From NCBI GenBank assembly GCA_965215335.1, contig CBDCDA010000001.1, positions 1,632,001-1,696,000 on the forward strand: DNA of 64,000 nucleotides. Reading direction: 5' to 3'. The position numbers were made by a program, and so were the translations under genes. Of this stretch, positions 27,319 to 37,243 are shown one piece after another. The first letter of the stretch is position 1. The number at the start of each line of letters is the position of its first letter. The notes under the pieces are model-generated. The model saw only the letters and a list, made by a program, of their open reading frames with translations, searched no databases and had not been told where the DNA came from. Source of the stretch: an uncultured Candidatus Entotheonella sp. (lineage in GTDB: Bacteria; Tectomicrobia; Entotheonellia; Entotheonellales; Entotheonellaceae).

Positions 27319-27800
27319 CAGGCGCTGGCCTCCATGGTTTCGGCGGCGTCGAGAACCGCACGCACGATCTTGTCGTAGCCCGTGCAGCGGCACAGATTGC
27401 CGGCCAGCCAGTAGCGCACCTCATGCTCCGTCGGCCTGGGATTCTTTTCGAGCAGCGCCTTGGCCGCCATGATGAAGCCGGGCGTGCAGATACCGCATTG
27501 CAGGGCGGCGTGCTCCAGGAACTTCTGCTGCAGTGGGTGCAACTGGGCGGGGCTGGCGAGTCCTTCGATCGTATCCACCGACTTGCCGTCCACCTCGGCG
27601 GCCAGCACCAGGCAGGAATCGACGAGCACGCCGTCGACTTGCAGGCTGCAGGCACCGCAGTTGCCGTTGCTGCACCCTTCCTTGGTGCCCGTATAGCCCA
27701 AGTCGTCGCGCAGCACTTCCAGGAGGCTCTGGCGCGAATCACAGAGAAACTCCACCGCCTCACCATTCAGGGTCGTTTGTACGTGTATCCGTGTTGGCAT
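27318..27800 (-). CDS. Xanthine dehydrogenase family 2Fe-2S subunit
   Basis: GTKEGCSNGNCGAC...SC, QCGICTPG, GNLCRCTGY. Confidence 0.95.
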   Translation of the reverse strand: MPTRIHVQTTLNGEAVEFLCDSRQSLLEVLRDDLGYTGTKEGCSNGNCGACSLQVDGVLVDSCLVLAAEVDGKSVDTIEGLASPAQLHPLQQKFLEHAALQCGICTPGFIMAAKALLEKNPRPTEHEVRYWLAGNLCRCTGYDKIVRAVLDAAETMEASA

Positions 27801-27803
27801 TCC

Positions 27804-28682
27804 TCAGATCTCCCCTCTCGCTCTGGACAACGCCCCTTGCAGCGTTCGCCGCGTCAGCACGCCAGTCAGGTGAATCCGTTGCTGTACCGTCCCGCGCATG
27901 TCGTCGATCGGGCGCGCGATGCCTGCCGCGGCGCTCGCTGCGGCCGCGATGGTGTCGTCGGAAATGGGCTTGCCCACCAGAGCCGACGCCGCTTCCACCG
28001 CCACTAGGGGCGTCGGCGCTACCGCGCCCAGGGCGATGCGCGCATCCGTCACCGTGGACTTGTCGTCACCCAGCACCAGGGAGGAGCCGACGCCGACCAC
28101 GGCGATGTCCATCTCGTTACGGGGGATGAAGCGCAGGTAATGAGCGCCGAAGTTGTTGGGCGGCGCCGGAACGCGCAGCGACAGCAGAAACTCGCCATTC
28201 TCCAGGACGTTGCGCCCGGGCGCCGTGCAGAACTGCTCGGCAGGAATCTCGCGCTGTCCGTTCGGACCGGCAATCACGCACGTCGTGCGATGCGCGATCA
28301 GCGTGGGGATGGAGTCGGCGGCGGGCGACGAGTTGCACAGGTTGCCGCCTACGGACGCCCGGCCTTGAATCTGGATGCCGCCGATCAGGGTGAAGGCATC
28401 CATCAGTCCAGGATAAGTCTTCGAGATGACGGGATCATTGTAAATCCGGTGGCAGGCGACGGCGGCCCCGAGGTGCAGGCCGTTTTGAGCATCGTAGGAC
28501 AAGACGTTCGCTTCGGGAACCTTCTTGACGTCAACGACGGTCTCCAGCTCCCGCCGTCCTTCGCGAAGCTGCACGATGAGGTCGGTTCCCCCGGCCAGCA
28601 CACGCGCCTGGTCGCCTTTGCTGGCCAGCAGTGAGACAGCTTCGTCTACCGTCTGCGCTGCGACATAGTCAAATGTTTGCAA
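27804..28682 (-). CDS. Xanthine dehydrogenase family FAD-binding subunit
   Basis: LAGGTDL, RASVGGNLCNSSPAADS, PIDDMRGT; TTG start with AAGGAG RBS. Confidence 0.93.
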   Translation of the reverse strand: MQTFDYVAAQTVDEAVSLLASKGDQARVLAGGTDLIVQLREGRRELETVVDVKKVPEANVLSYDAQNGLHLGAAVACHRIYNDPVISKTYPGLMDAFTLIGGIQIQGRASVGGNLCNSSPAADSIPTLIAHRTTCVIAGPNGQREIPAEQFCTAPGRNVLENGEFLLSLRVPAPPNNFGAHYLRFIPRNEMDIAVVGVGSSLVLGDDKSTVTDARIALGAVAPTPLVAVEAASALVGKPISDDTIAAAASAAAGIARPIDDMRGTVQQRIHLTGVLTRRTLQGALSRARGEI

Positions 28683-29050
28683 GTGCTTATCTCCTTCGGT
28701 AGTAAGCTTTGCACGGAAATCCCCCCGCAACTCGCCGCATCCGTCTCACTACGGGTTCTGTAGGAGGTGAATGGTTCGTCGTGCAGTATGACGTGGGAGA
28801 GCGTTAGGACTTGCAATCTCCTTAGATGAGATGAATACCAGATTATCACAGGGCCGTTTGTACCGTCAATGCAGGAAAAGGGCGACGATTCGGTGTGCTA
28901 CAATGGCGGCTTCGCAGGGATTTGCAAGGATTTTCTCCTCTCCCGCCAAGGTAGTAGGGAAGGAAAATCCGACACCAGCCCCTCTCCGCCCGGAGAGGGG
29001 CTGGGTGGGGGTATGAGCCGGTCATTCCAACCAGAAGGATAGGCGAGGTC

Positions 29051-30169
29051 ATGAAACCAGACATCACGGGCGGCGCGCCCAAGGCCAGCAACCGTCGCGC
29101 GTTTCTGCGCGCGGCCGCGGCAGCGGTGCTCGCCGTGCCCCACGTTCGCAGCGCCGAAGCGGCCCGCAGCCACGTATGGAAAGTGCAGTCGACTTGGGAC
29201 GCCGGTACCACCGGCTACCGGCTGTTCGAGGCATGGGCCAAGAGCTTTCAGGAGAAGTCGGACGGCGAGCTGGAGATGCGGCCGTTTCCCGCCAAGGCGG
29301 TGGCGGCGGACAACAATGCCCTGTTCGACGCCGTGCGCACCGGCGTGCTGCAGGGCATGAACCCCTTCACGCTTTACTGGTCGGGAAAAATTCCCGCTTC
29401 CGTGTTCCTGTCGTCCTACCCGGCGGGTCCCGATCAGGCGTCGCAGTGGGACACCCTGTTCTACGGCCTCGGCCTGCTGGAGATGACGCGCGAGATTTAC
29501 CAGAGATTCGGCCTGTTCTACGTCGGCCCGATTCAGCACGACGCCAACATCATCCACTCCAAGCAGCCGGTGGAAAGCCTGGACCAGTTGCAGGGCATGA
29601 AGATCCGCCTGCCCGGCGGCATGGTGGCGGAGGTGTTCGAGAAGTTCGGCGTCAGCACCACCAGCATGCCCGGCTCGGACATCTATCCGGCGCTGGAGAA
29701 GGGCACCATCGACGCCGCCGATTACGTCGGCCCCGCCATCAACTGGGACCTCGGCTTCGCCGAGGTCACGAATTACATCATCTGCATGGGCCCGCCGGGG
29801 CAAACCTCCCTGTACCAGCCCGTCGACCTGATGGACCTCACCGTCAACATGGGCGCCTGGAAGCGCTTGCCGGAAAAGCTGCAGCGCTTCGTCGAGGAGC
29901 AGGTGCAGACCTACTCGGTGCACCATTTCGTCACCATCCAGGAAGCCGACCTCAGGGCCATGTCGCAGTTTCTGGAAGCGGGAACAACGGTGTCGCGACT
30001 TTCCGCCGAAGACGTGAGGCGATTCCGCCAGGCCGCCATCCCGGTGTGGTACAAGTGGGCGGCCCTGAACGACGACGTCAGGCGGGTCTTCAGGCTGCAG
30101 CTGGACTACATGCTGAACCCGTACATGGGCTACGTGTCGCCGGACGACATCGCCGGCCTCGGCCTCTAG
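29051..30169 (+). CDS. dctP: TRAP transporter substrate-binding protein, Tat signal
   Basis: NRRAFL; KIRLPGG; DIYPALEKGTIDAADY. Confidence 0.92.
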   Translation: MKPDITGGAPKASNRRAFLRAAAAAVLAVPHVRSAEAARSHVWKVQSTWDAGTTGYRLFEAWAKSFQEKSDGELEMRPFPAKAVAADNNALFDAVRTGVLQGMNPFTLYWSGKIPASVFLSSYPAGPDQASQWDTLFYGLGLLEMTREIYQRFGLFYVGPIQHDANIIHSKQPVESLDQLQGMKIRLPGGMVAEVFEKFGVSTTSMPGSDIYPALEKGTIDAADYVGPAINWDLGFAEVTNYIICMGPPGQTSLYQPVDLMDLTVNMGAWKRLPEKLQRFVEEQVQTYSVHHFVTIQEADLRAMSQFLEAGTTVSRLSAEDVRRFRQAAIPVWYKWAALNDDVRRVFRLQLDYMLNPYMGYVSPDDIAGLGL

Positions 30170-30180
30170 CAGGAGCGGTC

Positions 30181-30831
30181 ATGCCGGAGTCGGCAAATTT
30201 CGTTCTGCCGCACTGGATTTACTGGGTTTGGCTGATCGTCATGCCGCCGCTGTTCATGCTGCTGACGCGCCGCCGCGGCGGTGAGACGCAGGCGCCCCAG
30301 GAAGAACCGGGCGCCGCGCCGGGCAATCGCCTGACCGGGGCGCTGGATTGGCTGAGCGAGCAATCCGGCGTCTTCGTGGCCCTGTGGACGGTGAACGCGG
30401 TGTGCGCCTACTTCTTCGAGGTGGTGTCGCGCTACATCTTCAACGCTCCCACCATCTGGGTGCACCAGGCGTCGTACCTGATGTTCGGCATGCAGTACCT
30501 GCTGGCCGGCGCCTTCGCCTTCCTGCACGGCGACCACGTGCGGGTGGACGTGCTCTACGTCAAGCTGCCCAGACGCGGGCGAGCGGCTACGGACGTGTTC
30601 ACCTCCATCTTCTTCTTCATCTGCGCGTTGGCTCTGCTGGGCAGTTCGTGGCGCTTCTTCATGGATGCCGTCGGCATGTTCGAGGTGACCGAGGAGACGT
30701 GGCGCGTGCAGTTATACCCCGTCAAGGGCGCGATGGTCCTGGGTGCCGTGCTGCTCACCCTGGCGGGGCTGTCGAAGCTGCTGAAGGACCTGCAATTGTT
30801 CTTCCGTTCGGAAGAGGCCGGGGTTTCATGA
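30181..30831 (+). CDS. dctQ: TRAP transporter small permease
   Basis: FEVVSRYIFNAPTIW, HVRVDVLY; ATGA overlap with dctM. Confidence 0.9.
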   Translation: MPESANFVLPHWIYWVWLIVMPPLFMLLTRRRGGETQAPQEEPGAAPGNRLTGALDWLSEQSGVFVALWTVNAVCAYFFEVVSRYIFNAPTIWVHQASYLMFGMQYLLAGAFAFLHGDHVRVDVLYVKLPRRGRAATDVFTSIFFFICALALLGSSWRFFMDAVGMFEVTEETWRVQLYPVKGAMVLGAVLLTLAGLSKLLKDLQLFFRSEEAGVS

Positions 30832-32369
30832 ACACGCCAACCGCCACGGCTTCCCGCGGGCGCGGCGTGTGGGGCCGCCTGGGATCCGGCTTCACGGTGA
30901 TTGTCACCGTGGCGCTGGCGTTCGTCACCTGCGTCGAACTCGTCAACACGCTGTTTTACGACCCCTACGGCGACGAGCGCTTCCTGTTCACCTTCGCCGA
31001 GTCGCTGGCCAGCGTCAGCATCAGCCGGTTGACATTCTTCATGTTTGGCTCCCTCGCTGTGCTGCTGCTGATGGGCCTGCCGATGGCGTTCGTGGTCGGC
31101 GGCCTGGGCGTCGTCTTCATTTATCTGGTCGGCGGTCCGACCCTGATCAACATCATCCCCGTGCGCATCTATCCCCTGATGGCCAATCCCGACCTGGCGG
31201 CCATCCCGCTCTTCATCTTCATGGCTTCCATGCTCGAACGCGCCGGGCTGATCGAGGAGATGTTCGACGTCGTCTACAAGTGGATGGGCGGCCTGCGGGG
31301 CGGCCTGGCGGCGGCCACCATCGTGGCGTCGACCATTCTGGCGGCCATGGTGGGGGTGATCGGCGCCGCGGTGGTGACCATGGGCATCATCGCGCTGCCG
31401 GCGATGCTGAGACGCAATTACGACCACAAGATCGCTCTCGGCTCGATCATGGCCGGCGGCACCCTCGGCATCCTCATTCCGCCATCCATCCTGGCGATTC
31501 TCTACGCCGTGGTGGCGCAGCAATCGGTCGGTCGGCTCTACTTGGGCTCGGTGGTGCCGGGCCTGATGCTGTCCAGCCTGTACATCGGCTACATCGTCCT
31601 GCGCTCGTGGATCAACCCAAGCCTCGGCCCGGCGCTGCCCAAGGAAGAGCGGGTCAACCTGCGCGAGAAGCTGCGCCTGCTGCTGAATCTCATCGCGCCG
31701 ATCATTCTGGTATTCCTCGTCCTGGGCCTGCTCTTCGGCGGCATCGCCACGCCGGTCGAGGCGGCGGGCATCGGCTCCTTCGGCGCCATGATCGTCGCCG
31801 CCATGCACGGGCGCTTCAGCCTGCAGGCGCTGCGCGAAGCATCCATCACCACGGCGCGGGCATCGGCCATGGTGCTGTGGATCATGTTCGGCGCCTCCAT
31901 TTTCGTCGGTTTCTTCATCCTGCAGGGCGGCCGGGAATTCATCACCGACGGCATCCTCGGCACCGGGCTGAATCCTTACGGCATCCTGCTGCTCATGATG
32001 GTCATGCTGGTGTTCCTCGGCATGTTCCTGGACTGGGTGGGCATCCTGCTGCTCACCGTGCCCATTTTCGTGCCGATCATCGAATCCATGGCCTTCAACG
32101 GGCTGCTGGGCGGCCCGGCAGTGGACGGCAGGGACGAGATCCTGTGGTTCGGGGTGCTCTACCTGGTGAACATGCAGATGTCCTTCCTCAGCCCGCCGTT
32201 CGGCTATGCCCTGTTCTACCTGCGCGGCGTCAGCCCACCCGAAATCACCATGGCGACCATCTTCAAGGCGTCGCTGATCTTCCTGACCCTGCAAGCCGTC
32301 GGGCTGTACCTGTGCGTGCAGTTCCCGTGGATCGTCACTTGGCTGCCGCACGCGATTTACGGGAACTGA
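30828..32369 (+). CDS. dctM: TRAP transporter large permease
   Basis: AIPLFIFM, GGTLGILIPPS, ATPVEAA, FLSPPFG..LFYL. Confidence 0.93.
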   Translation: MNTPTATASRGRGVWGRLGSGFTVIVTVALAFVTCVELVNTLFYDPYGDERFLFTFAESLASVSISRLTFFMFGSLAVLLLMGLPMAFVVGGLGVVFIYLVGGPTLINIIPVRIYPLMANPDLAAIPLFIFMASMLERAGLIEEMFDVVYKWMGGLRGGLAAATIVASTILAAMVGVIGAAVVTMGIIALPAMLRRNYDHKIALGSIMAGGTLGILIPPSILAILYAVVAQQSVGRLYLGSVVPGLMLSSLYIGYIVLRSWINPSLGPALPKEERVNLREKLRLLLNLIAPIILVFLVLGLLFGGIATPVEAAGIGSFGAMIVAAMHGRFSLQALREASITTARASAMVLWIMFGASIFVGFFILQGGREFITDGILGTGLNPYGILLLMMVMLVFLGMFLDWVGILLLTVPIFVPIIESMAFNGLLGGPAVDGRDEILWFGVLYLVNMQMSFLSPPFGYALFYLRGVSPPEITMATIFKASLIFLTLQAVGLYLCVQFPWIVTWLPHAIYGN

Positions 32370-32375
32370 CCCGGC

Positions 32376-32987
32376 ATGCTGCGGCGCCTCGAGCAACACG
32401 TCGTCGCCCTGCGGGCCTGCCGCTCGTGCCCCGCCATGCAGTCCGCCCCTGTCACCGGCTCGGCGGTGGTCAGCCGGGTGATGCTGGTCGGCCAGGCGCC
32501 CGGCGACAAGGAACCGGCACTGCAACGGCCATTCGCCTGGACGGCCGGCAAGGCGATGTTCAGATGGTTCCAGGAAGCCTGCGGGATCGACGAAGCCGTG
32601 TTTCGCTCGCGCATCTACATGGCCGCCGTATGCCGGTGCTTTCCCGGCAAAAGGCCGCGCGGCGGCGACCGCGTTCCCAGCCCCGGCGAAATCGCCAACT
32701 GCTCGCGCTGGCTGCAAGCCGAAATGGCCTTCCTCAAGCCCGCGCTGGTGATTCCCGTGGGCAAGCTCGCCATCGCACAGTTCATGACCTATAGCAGTAT
32801 GGAAGCCCATATCGGTCAGCAGACCCGCTGCACCTACGCGCATCACGCTTTCGACGCCATCCCGCTGCCGCACCCGTCCGGCGCTTCGCCCTGGCCGCGC
32901 GTCGAACCCGGCAAGACGTTGCTGCGCACGGCCATGCAATTGATTGCCGCGCACCCGGCGTGGCGCCATCAGACGACGGTCGGTTGA
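32376..32987 (+). CDS. Uracil-DNA glycosylase family protein
   Basis: CRSC, VGQAPG, CRCFPG...DRVP...EIANC, LPHPSG. Confidence 0.88.
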   Translation: MLRRLEQHVVALRACRSCPAMQSAPVTGSAVVSRVMLVGQAPGDKEPALQRPFAWTAGKAMFRWFQEACGIDEAVFRSRIYMAAVCRCFPGKRPRGGDRVPSPGEIANCSRWLQAEMAFLKPALVIPVGKLAIAQFMTYSSMEAHIGQQTRCTYAHHAFDAIPLPHPSGASPWPRVEPGKTLLRTAMQLIAAHPAWRHQTTVG

Positions 32988-33057
32988 GGAGCGGCCAGCC
33001 CTGAAGCTGTCATGGCCGCCACCGATGGAATCCAACTTGTGAAGGAAGGAGGAACGC

Positions 33058-33972
33058 ATGGTGGACCGCATTGCCTCCCTGCTGCCGAGCAGCACGGAAA
33101 TCGTCTGCGCGCTGGGTCTGCGGGAGCGCCTGGTCGGCGTCTCCCACGAATGCGATTACCCCGCTGACGTCGTGGGCCTGCCGGTGTTGACCGAGCCGAA
33201 ACTGGACCCGCGCGGCACCAGCGGTGACATTGATGCACGGGTGCGCGAGATCGTGCAGGAGGGGCTGAGCGTCTACCGCCTGAACACCGACGCGCTGCAG
33301 GATTTGAAACCGGACGTCATCGTCACGCAGGACCAGTGCGAGGTGTGCGCCGTTTCCCTGCCCGACGTTGAAGACGCCGTGCAGTGTTTTCTGACGTCCG
33401 ACGTGAAAGTCGTGTCGCTCAACCCGGAGAAACTCAGCGACATCTGGCGGGACATCCGCAACGTCGCCGCGGCAACCGGTCAAGAGGAAACCGCCGCGAC
33501 CCTGATCCGGGACCTGGAAGCGCGCCTCCAAAACCTCGCAGACAAAACGCGGCACCTGCCGCGCCCGCGCGTTGCCTGCCTGGAATGGCTCGATCCCCTG
33601 ATGACCGCGGGCAACTGGATTCCCGAGCTGGTGGACATGGCGGGTGGCGAGTATGGCCTCGTCGAGGCCGGCGCGCCTACGCCGTCCATCACCTGGGATA
33701 TCCTGGTCGCCTGCCAGCCGGAGGTGATCGTGATCACGCCGTGCGGCTTCAAAATCCCGCAGTCGCAGGCGGACCTGCCGCTGTTGACGACGCATCCGCA
33801 GTGGCAGGCGTTGCCGGCCGTGCAAGCAAACCGGGTGTTCGTGGCGGATGGCAACGCCTATTACAACCGGCCCGGTCCGCGCATCGTGGAAAGTGCAGAG
33901 ATTCTCGCCGAGATGCTGCACCCCGAAGCCTGCGCCGGCATGGCGGTGGCGGGGTCTTACGTGCGGGTGTAA
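33058..33972 (+). CDS. BtuF-like cobalamin/Fe-siderophore binding-fold protein without signal peptide
   Basis: RIASLLPSSTEI, VGVSHECDYP, TQDQCEVCAV, LEWLDP, NRPGPR. Confidence 0.85.
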   Translation: MVDRIASLLPSSTEIVCALGLRERLVGVSHECDYPADVVGLPVLTEPKLDPRGTSGDIDARVREIVQEGLSVYRLNTDALQDLKPDVIVTQDQCEVCAVSLPDVEDAVQCFLTSDVKVVSLNPEKLSDIWRDIRNVAAATGQEETAATLIRDLEARLQNLADKTRHLPRPRVACLEWLDPLMTAGNWIPELVDMAGGEYGLVEAGAPTPSITWDILVACQPEVIVITPCGFKIPQSQADLPLLTTHPQWQALPAVQANRVFVADGNAYYNRPGPRIVESAEILAEMLHPEACAGMAVAGSYVRV

Positions 33973-33984
33973 GCTCGGCGGGCG

Positions 33985-34734
33985 TCAAGACAGAAGAAAC
34001 CCGACCAGCAAGTCGTTGAATGCGTCGGCCTCGTGGAGATGAATGCCGTGCCTGCCGTCGGGGAACACGTGCAGACGCGCTCCGGCGATCCCCGCCTGCA
34101 GGAACTGCGCGTGAAACAGCGGCACCAGCGGGTCTTTCCCACCATGCAGCAGAAGGGTGGGACAGGTGACCTCCACCAGGCGCTCGCGGCACAGATCTCC
34201 GCCCGCCTTCAGGAGCCGCTGCTGCGCGTCGCACCAGCGGCTCCATAGCGTCTGGAAGTCATCGCCATACATCGCCCGCAGCGGCGCTGCCGCGCGCGGG
34301 GACCAATCCGCCACGCAGCGCGTCGTCTCGTAGGCGTCGATGTCTGTCTGCGTGACGTAGGCATTGCCGCCCCAGATGGCCATCCGGGTCACCCGCCGCG
34401 GGTAGGCCAGCGTCAGCAGCAGACCGGCAATCGCCCCGTCGCTCCATCCGCCGACCGCGTAGGTCGAACAGCCCAAGGTCTCCATCAGCGCCGCAAAATC
34501 GTGCGCGTCCTGCTGATAAAAATCGGCCGGGAACGCGCGCTTCGGGGGGCGGGATCTGCCATGGCCGCGCGGGTCGGGCGCAATGACACGCAGGCCACGC
34601 CGCGGCAGCATTTCGAGTTGCGGCGCGAAGTCCGATTGCCCGGTTCCCAGCGCACCGGGCAGCAAGAGAAGGGGCAGCCCTGCCCCGAGGTCTTCATAAT
34701 GGAGTCTGGCACCGCGGATGTCTGCGTATGGCAT
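33985..34734 (-). CDS. Alpha/beta serine hydrolase, valacyclovirase (BPHL)-like
   Basis: LLPGALG...DFAPQL, DPRGHGRSRPP.R.FP.DF, GWSDG, HGGKD, GRH. Confidence 0.88.
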   Translation of the reverse strand: MPYADIRGARLHYEDLGAGLPLLLLPGALGTGQSDFAPQLEMLPRRGLRVIAPDPRGHGRSRPPKRAFPADFYQQDAHDFAALMETLGCSTYAVGGWSDGAIAGLLLTLAYPRRVTRMAIWGGNAYVTQTDIDAYETTRCVADWSPRAAAPLRAMYGDDFQTLWSRWCDAQQRLLKAGGDLCRERLVEVTCPTLLLHGGKDPLVPLFHAQFLQAGIAGARLHVFPDGRHGIHLHEADAFNDLLVGFLLS

Positions 34735-34864
34735 GCGTCCTCCCTGAGCCGGTCCACGCAAAAGGTCGCGCGGGTCAGATTAGCGCAGCGCAAGCCGACA
34801 TTCCACCGCGCTCCTGCCGTTGAATTACGCCTGCGGCCAATCCGACCTGCGCATTTGCGTCGAT

Positions 34865-37048
34865 TCAGGCGGTACCGATCGGACCGCCGTCATCACGGGT
34901 GATCACGATGGTGGCGGAACGGGCGCGGCCCATTGCGGCTGGCAGCCGCGTGGCGTCGTCACCGTCCGGCCAGTGTCCCTCCGGGTGCTGGATGTTGACG
35001 AACATCGAGCGGCGGTCTGGCGTCATGTCGATACCGGTGATTTCGCAGCCGATGGGACCGACCAGGAAACGCCGCAAGCTGACGTCGTTGTTGCCGGCGT
35101 CGATGCCGCCGGCGTCCACCTCGCCGGGAACCGCTGCCAGCATCTGGTTGTGGTTGCCGTCGGGCTGGGTGCCGTCGGTCTGGATCCATAACAGGCCGGC
35201 CGCGTCGAACCACAGGCCATCGCAGTCGGTGAATTCGTTGTCGGCCGTCAGGCCGGAGAAATTCGTGTTCCCTGCCGCATCGGAACCGAAGACGAAGATG
35301 TCCCACGCGAACCCCAACGCAGCCGGGTCGTTGCCGTTTTCCCGGAAACGGATGATATGGCCGTGGGCGTTCGGGCCGCGCGGGTTGGCCGGCACCTCGC
35401 CGAATTCGCGGTCGGCCAGGAACTCCGTGACCTCGTCGCGTGTGCCCTGGTCCCCGGCAGCACGGGCAAGCGGGTCGGCATCCTCGAAACCGCGCCGGTC
35501 CGAGTTGTTGGTGAGCGTGAAATAGACCTCGCCATTTCTGGGGTTGACCGCGCCCCATTCGGGCCGGTCCATGGGCGTCGCGCCCACGACGAACGCCGCC
35601 GCGCGGGTGTGCACCAGGATGGACGCCAGGTCCCCGAACAACCCGGAAAACGGGCCATCAGGGTCCTCACCGGCCGCTTTCAAGTCGGGGTTGTCCGGGC
35701 ACAGCGGAATCCAGACGCCGACCTGGCGTCCGGTCAGGTCGTCCGCATCGAAGCGGGCCACGTACAAGGTGCCGTCGTCCAGGTAGGTATCACCGGTATC
35801 CAGGGACGCCCCGGCGTTGCTGGCGCGGTACGGCTCGGTGGAGACGAATTTGTAGATGAACTGCAACTGGTCATCGTCCCCCATGTAGAACACGACCGGC
35901 CTGCCATCGGCCACGTTGGCGGACCACACGCCTTCATGGGCGAAGCGCCCGAGCGCCGTGCGCTTGCGCGGCGCGGCCAGCGGCTGCAACGGGTCGATTT
36001 CCACGATGTAGCCGAACTGGTTGCCCTCGTTTCGGTAGTCCTGCGTGGCCGATTTGCCCGCCATCGGCGTGACGTTGAAGCGGCTGAATTCGTCGTCGTT
36101 CTCGTGCGCGTGACCGGCCAGGGTCGCCCATTCGTAGAGCCCGCCGGGAACGCGAACGCCGATACCGGCCAGGAAGTTCGCATAGCCGATTTCAGCCGGG
36201 ATTTCTTTCGACGCATCGCCGATCGTGCGCTCGTCGCGGAAGTACAGGTCGTAATTCTCTTCGCAGGTCAGATAGGTGCCCCATGGGGTATAGCCGTTGG
36301 CGCAGTTGTTCAACGTGCCGCGGCCGTCGAGGCCGTCCGGGCTGTATCTGGTTTGCAGCAAGTCACTGCCAGCTGCCGGGCCATGCAGCTCGGTGGGCGT
36401 CAAGGCGGTAATGCGGCGATTGTAGGGCGATCCCTTGACCACCGTGAACTGCCCGGTGGCCTCGTCGCGGACGATCTCGACGCAGGAAACGCCGTGGGCG
36501 CGCTGCTCCTTGCGCACTTCGTCGACACTGGCGCGGACACCGTCAGCGTCCCTGCTGACCTGCGCCGACGGGTGCATCAGATTCTGCTCGATATTCTCGT
36601 GGTTGACGCACAAAATGCCCCGGTTGCTGACGCCGGGATCCAGCTCGCCGTTCTCGTTCAGGCCAAAGAAGTGCATCCCGTCGTGATGGTCGCCGGCGCG
36701 GTCGTCCCACTCCGCAGCCGGTTCGGTACCCATCCTGGAATACGCGTCCAGGTGCGGACTGATTGGATCCCCGTAAGCGTAGAGAACCCGGGCGCTGTGG
36801 CCGTCCGGGATGGTAACCTTGTCCTCCTGGTTCAACGACACGACCTTGAAGTTGAAGGCCGGCGGTCCCGGCGGTGTGGGTCCCGGAGGCCCGGCGAGGG
36901 CCGCCAGGCCAAGGGTGGTGGCGCCGGCCAACACGCTGCGGCGGGTCGCCAGGTGGTCGATCCAGGCTGTCAGCGGTTCGCGCGTGACGGCCCGCTTCGT
37001 GGCATCGTCAGAAGGTGCCGACGGTGTTGACAACGGTTTTTCAGGCAT
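34865..37048 (-). CDS. phoX: PhoX family alkaline phosphatase, Tat signal
   Basis: TRRSVL; HHDG, NHE, NNCANGYTPWGTYLTCEEN, GRFAHE, DRPEW, QTDG, CEITG, NIQHP. Confidence 0.92.
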   Translation of the reverse strand: MPEKPLSTPSAPSDDATKRAVTREPLTAWIDHLATRRSVLAGATTLGLAALAGPPGPTPPGPPAFNFKVVSLNQEDKVTIPDGHSARVLYAYGDPISPHLDAYSRMGTEPAAEWDDRAGDHHDGMHFFGLNENGELDPGVSNRGILCVNHENIEQNLMHPSAQVSRDADGVRASVDEVRKEQRAHGVSCVEIVRDEATGQFTVVKGSPYNRRITALTPTELHGPAAGSDLLQTRYSPDGLDGRGTLNNCANGYTPWGTYLTCEENYDLYFRDERTIGDASKEIPAEIGYANFLAGIGVRVPGGLYEWATLAGHAHENDDEFSRFNVTPMAGKSATQDYRNEGNQFGYIVEIDPLQPLAAPRKRTALGRFAHEGVWSANVADGRPVVFYMGDDDQLQFIYKFVSTEPYRASNAGASLDTGDTYLDDGTLYVARFDADDLTGRQVGVWIPLCPDNPDLKAAGEDPDGPFSGLFGDLASILVHTRAAAFVVGATPMDRPEWGAVNPRNGEVYFTLTNNSDRRGFEDADPLARAAGDQGTRDEVTEFLADREFGEVPANPRGPNAHGHIIRFRENGNDPAALGFAWDIFVFGSDAAGNTNFSGLTADNEFTDCDGLWFDAAGLLWIQTDGTQPDGNHNQMLAAVPGEVDAGGIDAGNNDVSLRRFLVGPIGCEITGIDMTPDRRSMFVNIQHPEGHWPDGDDATRLPAAMGRARSATIVITRDDGGPIGTA

Positions 37049-37243
37049 GCAGCAGTCCTCATCATCCAGAGCACGTAAGCCAGTCCCGAGCCTGTTCGCC
37101 TTGGGTGCGGACAACATCGTGTCAAACATGGACGTACACTGTGAAGAAGGCATGAACTCCCTGCGAAATTTTCGCAAACCGGCGCCCGGTCAGCAGGTCG
37201 GATTAGCGTAGCGGAATCCGCCGTCGCACTCCAGGAGACCGCC

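Noticed and set aside
24979..28682. Aerobic CO dehydrogenase (coxMSL)
   Set aside because: Active-site loop is AYRAPG, neither form I AYxCSFR nor form II AYxGAGR
24884..33095. Very long alternative ORFs (e.g. 24884-27766, 25123-27282, 30555-33095)
   Set aside because: Arg/Pro/Gly-rich off-frame or antisense shadows of well-supported genes in high-GC DNA
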